64,000 bases of DNA from Eledone cirrhosa (lineage: Eukaryota). The DNA is taken from NCBI GenBank assembly GCA_964016885.1, contig OZ024744.1, forward strand, positions 102,052,001-102,116,000. The letters run 5' to 3'. Below are positions 30,201 to 40,433 of the stretch, piece by piece. The notes under the pieces were generated by a model, which saw only the letters and a list, made by a program, of their open reading frames with translations, did not search any database and was not told the DNA's origin. The translations under genes were made by a program, and so were the position numbers. The first letter of the stretch is position 1. Every line of letters begins with the position of its first letter.

Positions 30201-30980
30201 TAGTTGGAGCATACACACTCACCAGGGTCACATATCTTCTTTTGTCCAGCGGAATTCTCATGGACATAAGACGCTCACTGGGAATTTTAATTTATCCACA
30301 AGAGTAGTCTTAACAGCAAATTCTACCCCAGCCTCTCTTCTGGTTCCTTCATCTCTTCCTTTCCAGAAGAATGTATATTCTCCCCAAAATTCTGTAAGAT
30401 GACCATTTCCAGCTAACCTCGTCTCAGATAAAGCCACGATGTCAAGATCGTAACGTCGAAGCTCCTTGGCAACAAGAGCGGTCCTTCGTTCAGGACATTC
30501 AGAGGAATCCCTGTCAAGCAGCGTCCGTACGTTCCAGCAGCAAATATTAAATGCCATGTTTGGCTCTATTACAGTGGCACGATAATGTGTGGGCCCCTGC
30601 CCTTATTGCCAATTATCTCTTTTATATTGTTTTGGAACATAATTGAATTGGGAAGAAAAAGAAAAAGTAATAATAATAATAATAACAACACTATTAATAA
30701 TTATTAATTAATGCAATCGTGCAATGCCTGTGCGTGAAGAATATTTTTAAAGTTAGGAAAGAATGTGCACTGAGCCAATCCCACTCTCTGAGCAACAGTA
30801 GCTATAACCCCAAAAGAAGAAAAGATTAACATCATTGGTAACTACTGAGCTGCAGGTTTTATGTCGGGGTCATCCCAGTTTCCTAAATTGCCTTCTCCTA
30901 GAAGAATGCCCTGACAAGGGCTAGGGGTCCTTCACTCCCAGTGGTTTAACCGTGCGATCGGGTATCGAGCCCGATTATTT
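27250..30980 (-). mobile_element. Near full-length decayed RTE (BovB-like) LINE: APE endonuclease, RT, C-terminal C2H2 zinc fingers, 5' UTR
   Basis: ORF 30258..30557 WNVRTL...DIVALSETR; 29740..30177 LGDFNARV...TWMHPASKEWHLLDYVLVR...TDH; 28698..29123 YKGKGNKNDCGNYRGISLLS...QSGF...TTDMIF..RQLQEK; 28318..28764 LLYADD; C2H2 motifs in 27382..27690 and 27255..27470. Frameshifted. Confidence 0.93.
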
Positions 30981-31169
30981 CTATGTCCCCACGCATATAC
31001 ATACATATCTACATTCACACATACACACACACATGGCACATGATTTTATTTCCATACAACAAATATTTAAGATTAAACATTTAGAGGCGAAGAAAGGAAA
31101 CAAAAATTAGTAAGGTAGAAAAGTAAGGAAGATAGAGAACAGGGTAGGAAGAGAAACAAAAAGGAAATA

Positions 31170-33612
31170 TCATCATCATCATCCTTTTATGTCCGTTTTT
31201 CCCTGCTTGCAAGGGTGGGACGGGTCCTATTCAGCACAGCATCTCTCCACTGTGAGCTTCAGCGATCTGAGGTCTGCTCTCACCACCTCCGCCCATGTTT
31301 TTCGTGGTCTACCACGTCTTCCTTCAACTGGCATTTCCTGGCACTTCTTCACCCATCGATCATCCTCCATACCATCGCAGTCTCCTCTCTTGCACACTAC
31401 AATCTATCCATCTCAGACACAGTTTCTCTCTCAACACATCCATGCTGGGTCGTTCACGCACATTGACATTGCACATTCAATGGAGCATGCTTGCCTCATT
31501 TCTCTCCAGCCATCGCATATCCTCTGCAGTTGCTGCCCATGTCTCACTACCATGCAGCATTAAGCTCCTCACACAGGCATCATATAAACGGCCTTTTGTA
31601 CGCAGGGAGGAACCCTTCTTTGTCAGCAGAGGAAGCAGCTCCCTAAACTTCTTCCAACCTGTCCTTATTCTAGATACTATGGCCTCGGAACCCACCCCCC
31701 CTCCATGCTAATCTGATCTCCTAGGTACCGGAAGCTATCCACCACTTCTATAGCACCCGCCTGCATTTGAAAAATGTGCCTATCAATGTGACTTCTACTG
31801 TCTAATTTCCCTGTACATCTACTGCATACGTATTTCTCCCTATCTGTTAGTTTGCCTGCTATCCCACTACATCTCTTGTGTACCCAGGATCTGCATTGTG
31901 TGCATTTTATAGAATTTATGCCAGTTCCTGTTCTGCATATCGAACATGGCCATTTCCCTGACGGAATCATAGTTTTGTCCTCTTTTCTACTCATCAACAC
32001 TTTTGTCTTAGCTATGTTCACTCTCAGTCCTCTTGTTTCCATAGCCAGAATTTATTCTCTAGCTCCTCTACTGATTCTGCTATAAGAACCAGATCGTCAG
32101 CATAGAGAAGTTCCCATGGACAGCCAGTCTTAAACTCCTCTGTTATGGCTTGGAGGACTATAATGAACAAGAGTGGGCAGAGGACTGAACCCTGATGTAC
32201 TCCTACATGTATCTGGAATTCCTCACTAAACTCCATTCTTACCCTCACTTTACTGACAGCACCTCTGTACAAAGTTTGCAGTGTTCTCACAAGCCATTCC
32301 TCAACACCTAGTTTCCTTAGGGACCACCAGATGACAGATCGAGGTACCCTATCAAAGGCCTTCTCTAAGTCAACAAAGGCTAAGTATAGTGGCTTATTCT
32401 TCTCTAAGAACCTCTCTTCTAATTGTCTCACCAAGAGGAGGGCATCTGTTATACTTTTCCCAGGCACAAAACCAAACTGCATCTCATCTAGTTTGACCCT
32501 TTCTCTAATTAATTGTGCTAATATCCTTTCTGCCACTTTCATAACCTGATCCATCAGTTTTATACCCCTATAATTGCTCCTCTCCAGAGCATCCCCTTTA
32601 CCTTTGTAGCAATTTATGAGAATACTGCTGTAACAGTCTTTGGGTATGACACCACCATATATAGCCTGATTGATAATGCGTTTAACCAGTTTAGTGCCTA
32701 CGTCCCCTGATGCCTTCAGCATCTCAGTAACTATCCCCGACGGTCCAGCAACCTTACCATTTTTCATTTCCTTAATCGCCTCTTGGACCCTATATCCGTC
32801 AATCTCAATAGCTGGTCCTTCTGTCAGATCTACTGAGGGTAATTTCTCTCTCTCCCATTCATTCTCCACATTCATCAGTCTCTCATAATGACATTTCCAG
32901 GCCCCCCTTTTCTGATCATTCGTGACACTAAGTACACCAGCATCATTCCAGACACATTTATCTCCAACAACATCCTGATTTGCATTGACACACTGTCTTG
33001 CAATGTAGAACACTGCACGTCTCTGATCTTCCTGTCACCACCAGGTCACTCTCTGTCTGGTTGGAGCTCTGCTCCAGCCACAAGTTTCATCAGTAGCCTG
33101 CAGTAAGTTGTCACATAAGAAATTCCAGTTATCATCTATAACATACGACTCTAAATCGTCTTCTTTTTCGTCATACACATCTGGAAGGGCTTTCCTATAT
33201 TTGTATTTTAGTGAAAGGTCTTTTAGCTTCCAGACCTTTCTTCTCCACACCTTCCTGTATGTCTCATTCCATCTCTTGTTTACTGAGATATCACTAATGA
33301 CTAACCTATGCTGTGGGGTACATTCTTCCCCAGGGTATGCCTTGGTAATTGACACCATCTGCCTATCCCGTTGCCTAATTAGTAAGAAGTCAATCTGGCT
33401 TATGTGCTCGCCTGATTTGTAGGTTATTAGGTGGTTGGCTGGTTTCTGGAAGTTAGTGTACTTGTATCACAAAATTCAAGAAGGCGTGAGCCTTCTTCAT
33501 TTCTTGAGCCATAACCATGCCCACCATATACCCTAGTGTAACCATCCTGGAGCTGTCCAATATAACCATTGAAGTCCCTTGCTAGCATAACGATGTCTCC
33601 GTCCTCTGTCAT
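31170..33612 (-). mobile_element. RTE LINE (5'-truncated within the endonuclease) with RT, PHD-like finger and (GAT)n tail
   Basis: ORF 32024..33013: CYKGKGDALERSNYRGIKL, MQFGFVPGKS, FVDLEKAFDRV, GVHQGSVL, LLYADD. ORF 31677..32042: WPCSICRTG...CTQC..WVHKRC...VCSRC. MLHGSETW; (CAT)n at 31170. Confidence 0.95.
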
Positions 33613-33734
33613 TGCGGCTGTTTGTAAAAATGCTAAATTATTAATAACAGATACTGTATTTGCCGGTCTATATTTTACATTATGTTTTGACTTTTAAATG
33701 CATTTTTATGGACCACGGTTTTTCACTCTTCGCA

Positions 33735-33935
33735 GGTGCTCTAGGAACGAAACCCCTGCAAATACTGAGCGACACACTGGAAGAGGAAGACCGAGGTTAT
33801 CATATGTTGATGCCCTAAGTACAGACACTGGTCTCTTGGAGACGCAGGACATGGCAGCGATAATGAGGGACAGAGACCGCTGGAGAGAACTCATCCATGG
33901 ATCTCGGGAATTTTACCCGCCTTTGATAGATAGAT
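33735..33935 (+). mobile_element. 3' terminal fragment of another RTE-group LINE
   Basis: GRGRPRLSYVDALSTDTGLLETQDMAAIMRDRDRWRELI is the RGRP...M.DR..WR C-terminal signature; it is followed by a short (GATA)n tail. Confidence 0.7.
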
Positions 33936-34122
33936 ATCATCATCCTTTAATGTCCATCTTCCACGCTAACATGGGTTAGATAGTTTTGTTCCATTTGATG
34001 CAAAAATGGTCGGAAGATCATGCCTCGCTTACACGGAAGCGTCTCTGGCATTTACAGTGTGAACTGGGAGCCTTTTCACAGTGTCTCCTACACGGCCACC
34101 TTACAGTATATATATATATATA

Positions 34123-34705
34123 TTGAGACTCGAAACCGATTCGGTAAAGGTAACTATAGTAAGTAAAGTTAATTTTTTTAAATTTATTTTGAAACCTTTT
34201 CTTATTTGCTAAACCTTGATTATATATGTTCTGGCTCGTTAATTTATTAACCTGCCATTGAACCACATTGGTATATGGTTGGACAATACATGTGTCCCTT
34301 AGCGCCTTGTGCGTGTAGGAACATATACTCTATTATTCTCCTCTTGGTTGAGAAAAAAATTTGGTCGTTCTGGCTGCTGCTAGTTATAGCGGTAGCTAAC
34401 TGACCTCCCTGCCTCCGCCTCTATCTTTACACTCGGCCCTTGAAAAAACTGATTCCACTTCATTTTCTCTCATCTCGGGAACAATTTTGAATAGCGCCAG
34501 TTCGTAATTTGAATTCGGGAATTTTATATTCTTCGAATGAAAAGATCCTTCTGACGAGAGTTTTTCTTTGCAACGGATGCCGTATGGACTCCGTTTATTT
34601 TTGAGACTCGAAACCGATTCGGTAAAGGTAACTATAGTAAGTAAAGTTAATTTTTTAAAATTTATTTTGAAACTTTTTCTTATTTGCTAAACCTTGATTA
34701 TATAT
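34123..34705 (+). mobile_element. Hammerhead-bearing small element (retrozyme / Penelope pLTR-like): 478-bp unit plus ~105-bp terminal direct repeat, embedded in (TA)n
   Basis: ttgagactcgaaaccgattcggtaaaggtaactatag...aaaccttgattatatat occurs at 34123-34227 and again at 34601-34705. Both ends abut (TA)n. No meaningful ORF. Confidence 0.75.
34547..34628 (+). ncRNA. Type I hammerhead ribozyme
   Basis: Stem I CCTT(34547-50)/AAGG(34625-28); core CTGACGA (34551-57); stem II GAGTTTT/GAGACTC with an inner aacgga/tccgtt hairpin; GAAA (34610-13); stem III ACCG-att-CGGT; cleavage triplet GUA (after 34624). Confidence 0.85.
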
Positions 34706-34739
34706 ATATATATAAGTTCAAAAGGAAAAATAAAAAAAA

Positions 34740-35988
34740 GACCGTCAGGCCTTTTCCCATCAATTCTGGACAACCCAGATGGTTCCAAAATTGAAGGGAT
34801 GTTTGCTATCTTGATGATGAGGTTTAGCTCAGTGTAAGATGCGAAGCAAGCGGCATTCAGATAGCAAGATAGACCGTGAAAGCCTGTAGAGTCAAGGACC
34901 GTACCACACCAACATTTCAATCCCATACAGACATCTGCTCCCACTGTGAGGGCAATGGAGACACAAAGTTGGCCATGGGTAGGGCATCAACCTAGTCACC
35001 TGAGTTTTTGACACTGGCAGACAGTAGGCAGCCCCTTGAGAACTGATCTGACGTGTTAAAGAGGGAGTCAAAGGTGGTCTTTGAATATATGCTGTCCCAA
35101 GCTCTCTGACTCCGTTTGTCCTCCACCTTGTCAGGAACAGAGACAAACCCAACTCACTCCATCGTAGAAGAACTTCATCCATCTCCCTGTTTGAGAGGAG
35201 AGGATGTTTCTCACCAGGGTGGAGCAAGCATGAGTGGAGGGAAGAAGCAAGAGGAGCGAGAGATGAACATTTACGAAGACCGGGACGACCAAATCGCTTG
35301 GGCATCGCAGCCTGATCACTGGACTCTGGAGAGAGTCTAACATTGACCAAGCACTCGAGTCTATCGAAGACTAGGTCATTAAAGCATTGGATACATGACG
35401 AAAATCTGTGAGATGGGCTAACTCTGAGCATATATAGTGGCTTAGGAATCGATAAGTAGTTCCTGAGTAAAAAAACCTTGATGGGGCTCAATTGCCTCAA
35501 TATTCTTCAATAATTGCTTTAGATTAGCCATCTTGAATTGGAAATTTGGCTCAAAAGCTGGGTTCGTAATTGGGGCAGGACTGCAATGGAAGGGAAAGAC
35601 TCTGCAAACAGGTCTATTGTCTGCTGATATTGAGAAGCTGGGTGGTTGAGGATCCAGAGCTCACATTTGGAACTATTGACCTGGAGACACCGTGGGCCAA
35701 GCTCCTCAATCATCTTGTTTGCAGTGGTGAGAACCCTAACCGGAAATCCCCCCAAACAAGCGTCATCAAGATACCAAACATTTAAATCCAACCCAACCCC
35801 CATCTTCGTGATGTCATCAGTGCCCAGTGCAAACAGAACGAGTGACCTTGTTGAACTCCTGCGGCAGAAATGATGAATTGATCACCTAAAGAGAGGTAGG
35901 AGGGCTCCCAATAAACCTGCCAAACAAAGTGGTAGCGTTGTGGGACCCTCTCCCTTACTGAGCTGAGAATGACATTGCGGCTGACAGA
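34740..35988 (-). mobile_element. Decayed CRE-clade non-LTR retrotransposon fragment (RT, CCHC knuckle, start of restriction-like endonuclease)
   Basis: SAAGVQQG; NVWYLDD; LLRNYLSIPKPLYMLRVSP; QAAMPKRFGRPGLR; CWCGTVLDSTGFHGLSC; EPSGLSRIDGKRPDG. Truncated at both ends and flanked by (TA)n. Confidence 0.85.
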
Positions 35989-36149
35989 ATATATATATAT
36001 AAGCCAGAAACAGTTCTGTGTAACCAAGACACAGTCACCTAACCCAACCTGCCTCAAACGGGACAACCTGTCTAACCCATGCTAGCGTGGAAAAATGGAT
36101 GATAAATGATGGTGAAAATGACATATATATATACACACACATATACATA

Positions 36150-37215
36150 CATCGCAGCTGATTAGGGACCAGGTAAATATAAATGTGATGCAGTTTGAAT
36201 TTGTACCAGGCAAAAGTACCACAGATGCTCTCTTCCTGGTGAAGCAGTTACAGGAAAAGAACCTAGCTAAAAGTAAGCTGCACTACTTCACTACTTGGTA
36301 TTTGTTGACCTGGAAAAGGCTTTTGATAGAGTGCCCTGTGCCATAATCTGGTGGGCTCTTAGAAAACTAGGAGTGGATGAAATTCCAAACATGGAAGCAG
36401 GGACTAGAAAGAAGGGGTCTCAAAGTCAACCTGACAAAGCCTAAGGTCCTAGTAAGTAGAAGAGAAAACAGAACCCTGATCCCCTCAGGGAAATGGCCTT
36501 GCTTGGTGTGTAGGTAGAAATTCCATCCTTTGTTCCGAATGCAAACTATGGGTACACAAGAGATGTAGTGGGATCTCAGGTATTTTAGCTAAGAATGTAG
36601 GTTTTACATGTAGCAGTTGCACCAGGACAGTAAGCAGCAAATGACCACAGGAAACAATCACTATCAAATTCTGGGAAGGTTCAGTAGCAGTAGACAGCTT
36701 CTGCTATGTAAGTGACCGAATTAGCAACAGGGCGTGGGTGTTCTGAAGGTACAGTAACCAGGGTAAGAATGGAATGGAAGAACTTCAGGGAGCTACAACC
36801 ACTGCTAGCTGTAAAAGGCTTTTTTCCTCAAAATGAAAGGCAGACTGTATGATGTGTGCATATGAACAGCAATATTGTATGGTAGTGAGACCTGGGCGTA
36901 GATTGGAAGAAATGAAGCTTGCATGCTCCGATGGATGTGTAATGGTAATTTACACGAATGGCAAAGCATAAACAAACAGAGAATCGGATGCAGTGTTCAG
37001 GAGATGCGTGATGCGTATGAAGGATGAGAGCAGTATAAAAAGGTGCAGAGTGCTCAAAGTCGATGGAAGCGATGGAGTGAGGAGACCTAGGAAGACTTGG
37101 GATAGGGTGATAAAAGCTGACCTTGCTCAATTGCAACTCTCAAAGACAATGACACAGGACCTGGATCGCTGGCGTTATGCATTAATACAGAAGACCTGCC
37201 TTCCCATGGGCACAG
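36150..37215 (+). mobile_element. Internally deleted RTE LINE fragment
   Basis: MQFEFVPGKSTTDALFLVKQLQEK, FVDLEKAFDRV, a jump from LGVDE to KFQTWK (the YADD region is deleted), then RRPRKTWDRVIKADL...DRWR. Closely similar to 47740-49089. Confidence 0.9.
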
Positions 37216-37229
37216 GCTGAAGCTGAAGC

Positions 37230-37535
37230 ATACAAATATATATAGTATGCACCACCCCCACATCTTCTAATACATCTCTCGTGAGGACAGGCTGTAGCAT
37301 ACATCCAGTGAAACCTCCAGCCCACACTGTAAAGTAGTCGTGTAGGTGTCACAACAAAAAACAGCAGCCCTCGATGTAAATGTGGTTGGTGTTAGGAAGG
37401 GCATCCAGCCGTAGAAACTAGGCCAGAAACAGTTCTGTGTAAGACATGGTCACCTGGCCCAACTTGCTCCAAACTGAACAACCCGTCTAACCCAAGCTTG
37501 CGTGGAAAAATGGACGTTAAACGGTGATGATGATG
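37230..37535 (+). mobile_element. SINE-like RTE-tailed element
   Basis: ggttggtgttaggaagggcatccagccgtagaaac...acccgtctaacccaagcttgcgtggaaaaatggacgttaaacggtgatgatgatgat. Confidence 0.8.
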
Positions 37536-37652
37536 ATATATACATACATATCTATGCATACATACATATACATACACACAAATACATGTACACACATATC
37601 AAAATGAAAGTGGTAAAAACCTTGATGCTTGGGGTTGTAGTGTGGGTAATAA

Positions 37653-37771
37653 GAAAAATTCGGGACCCACCCCGACGGCTGAGCTCCTGCCGTTTCAACA
37701 GCTAAATCCAAACCGTTCGGATCTAACTGCTGAAACGACAGGAGCTCAGCCGCTGGGGTCCCGAATTTTTC
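37653..37771. repeat. ~120-bp inverted repeat / long hairpin
   Basis: gaaaaattcgggaccc...cggctgagctcctg-ccgtttcaacagctaaatcc is complementary to ggatctaactgctgaaacga-caggagctcagccg...ggggtcccgaatttttc. Confidence 0.95.
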
Positions 37772-38097
37772 ATGTATACACACACACACACATATATGCA
37801 CACAAATACACGTGGCGTATTATCATAATTAATAGTCCCGCTTAACAAGCTTATTAATCCAGTCACTCTGGAGTTTTCGTGCTGGAAATGCCACATGTCA
37901 GTTTCCAATAACCAAGTCCATGTCTAGAAGTTCTAAGTTTGCCCTACATGTAAATTACACACTTAACATATATATATCCAGGTATCCAAAAACGTAGACA
38001 CTTTCCAGCATCCTTACCAATTACGATATATATATATATATATATATATCTACAATGATATTAAATAAATGGAAATTATATTTATAAAACCATATTT

Positions 38098-38157
38098 ATT
38101 CTATTATATATATTTCAAGGGTACCAAAACTTTTGGTACGCTATCATCAGATAAAAT
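38098..38157 (-). ncRNA. Minimal type I hammerhead ribozyme motif (Penelope-like)
   Basis: Minus strand reads ATTTTAT-CTGATGA-tagcGTACCAAAAgTTTTGGTACcctt-GAAA-TATATA-TA-ATAGAAT. Stem I is 7 bp (one G-U), stem II is long, stem III is palindromic. AATAAA follows, then (TA)n. Confidence 0.7.
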
Positions 38158-38582
38158 ACGAAGTGTGTTTTATAAATTTTGACATAACCAAGGATAATAT
38201 TCCTTAACGGTTCAAGTTATCCCTGTTGAATATCCCTTCTGCTTATATATATATTATATATATAGCTAATAACAATTAATAGAAAAAAAAAAGAAAGCAA
38301 AACATACACGTAGCTTAAGCGAAAACTCATACAGTGGTTGCAGAGACTTAAATAATACGTGTCAGAAGTAGTGAAATAAAACATTGATTAATAAAGATAA
38401 GAGAATATGTATGTTGTGCGTGTCAAGAGTACTGTTGTGGGAGTAAAAGAGGGGAACGAGGCGGGTAGAATCGGTTGGACGTACACTTTTCGCAGAAAAT
38501 GGAGAAATTATAGGTCCGAAATGTGTTACATGTTTTGCGTGAAAAATATGCTGCACGATGGTAGTAAAGAAATTAATTATCT

Positions 38583-38880
38583 AGTTAAAAAGCGAAGTAA
38601 AAGTATATTCAAGTTAAAAAGCGAAGTAAAAGTATATTCAAGTTAAAAAGCGAAGTAAAAGTATATTCAAGTTAAAAAGCGAAGTAAAAGTATATTCAAG
38701 TTAAAAAGCGAAGTAAAAGTATATTCAAGTTAAAAAGCGAAGTAAAAGTATATTCAAGTTAAAAAGCGAAGTAAAAGTATATTCAAGTTAAAAAGCGAAG
38801 TAAAAGTATATTCAAGTTAAAAAGCGAAGTAAAAGTATATTCAAGTTAAAAAGTGAAGTAAAAGTGTACTCAAGTTAAAA
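38583..38880. repeat. Minisatellite, 29-bp unit x ~10
   Basis: aagttaaaaagcgaagtaaaagtatattc repeated near-perfectly; the last copy is diverged. Confidence 0.97.
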
Positions 38881-40433
38881 AGAATGACAGTGTAGATAAG
38901 TTAATGTTTATATCAAAGAAGACAAGCAAATATTTACAACATTTATTATTTCAAACTGACGAACATATCTCCCTTATAGAAAACATCAACATTCAAGAAT
39001 GTGCTTAATGCTTAGCTAATTATACAATCAACTGACAAGGTACCACCAACGTTATCGCTCGACCAGCTAGAAAAAAAACAAAAAAAACTATTTCATATAA
39101 CATAACACATTAGACACGTTATGTCTGCAGCGACAGCAACAACACTCTGAAATGTTGGCGGCTAACTTGAAATTACAAATTACAATTAGTTTTCCTTCCT
39201 CCAACATAATCTCTGTTGAACTACCAGCGCCGTTTCGATATTCTAGAAATGTTCGAGGTGTTCTATACTATGTAATACTTGTAAAAAAAATTGAAATTTT
39301 TGATTATAAGATAATCATTTGAATTTGAGACCGATTTCATTAAATCCTCGATGGTTTTTTTAAATGCTAAATAACTTAATAACATAAGCAATTTAATGAG
39401 CTGACAGTGTATACGAATTAAACAGTCACAATTTTAGGGAAGATGCACATGCAGTGAACAGCATGACAAGATATTATTTCCATGTTCACAGCAGACATCA
39501 AGCCCATCACCAGTTGTTGGTACTCGGGGAGTAATTCTTTTTACAAAGAACGTATTTCAGCACATGTTATATATAAACTCCTATTTTCTAAAGCTATAGA
39601 AAAGTTGGAGGTCAATGTCATCTAATCTCTCCACCTCTCCTTGGCGACAGGCCTAGTTCACATATTAAATTTACAAGTCAGCGAAAATCAACACAATAAA
39701 ATTTATAAAGTAATATGACTGCGTATGTCAAGTGAATAGAAGAACGTGTATTGTGGAACCTGACACATAGCACTCGTGTTTGTTAAACAAATCTTCAGTA
39801 ATAGTCGTCTTTTCTGTCGTAATGCAGAAAATGCAAGCGAACTGAATAAAGATTGTCTATGCATGTTAGAGGATGCACCGGAATAAATGGTCCGTATCTA
39901 ATCTAAAACTGCAAATTCTCCCGAATATACACACGATAACGCTTGAAAAAAGGTTACCGCAATAGATATTCATCTTACACCAATAAAGATAGCCACACAC
40001 ACTTCCAAATTATGTAGGGAATCTGAAAAAATAACTAATATATAACTCAATCTTTAGTTGTGCTGCCTATTTATTAATTGTAGTTTTGCTGCCATAAAAG
40101 AGCTTTGCGGTTTCTTAGAGATTGGTGTAATACGGTCAAACAATTTCAATGTAGCTGCATTAAATTTCATGCGACATGCAAATTTGTTTATATAATAATT
40201 GATAAGCGAGGAATCTATAATTGATTGATACATAAGAAATCTATAGTTTATTGATAAACTTGAAATCTATAACTGATTGATAAACTCAAAAGCGATAACT
40301 GAAAATGATTAAAAGGTTTGAAGAAAGATATATTCAAATACGACCGCTTAGTTCTCTGTGTTTATTTATATCAGTTTCAACGGTTCTGCAGAGATGACAG
40401 GTAATAAACTTCAAAAATCTATTAAAAGCTTAC

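Noticed and set aside
34140-34165. ggtaactata resembling the LSU rRNA / homing endonuclease site
   Set aside because: Only ~10 nt match and there is no surrounding rRNA sequence. It is part of the hammerhead element.
38583-38880. CRISPR-like 29-bp repeats
   Set aside because: The units are head-to-tail with no unique spacers, and the context is eukaryotic.
39975-40035. ttttttcAG|ATTCCCTAC on the minus strand as a possible ENOPH1 exon 2
   Set aside because: It reads IPYIIWKCVWLSLLV* in the required phase, which hits a stop and does not match the expected D.LFPY sequence.
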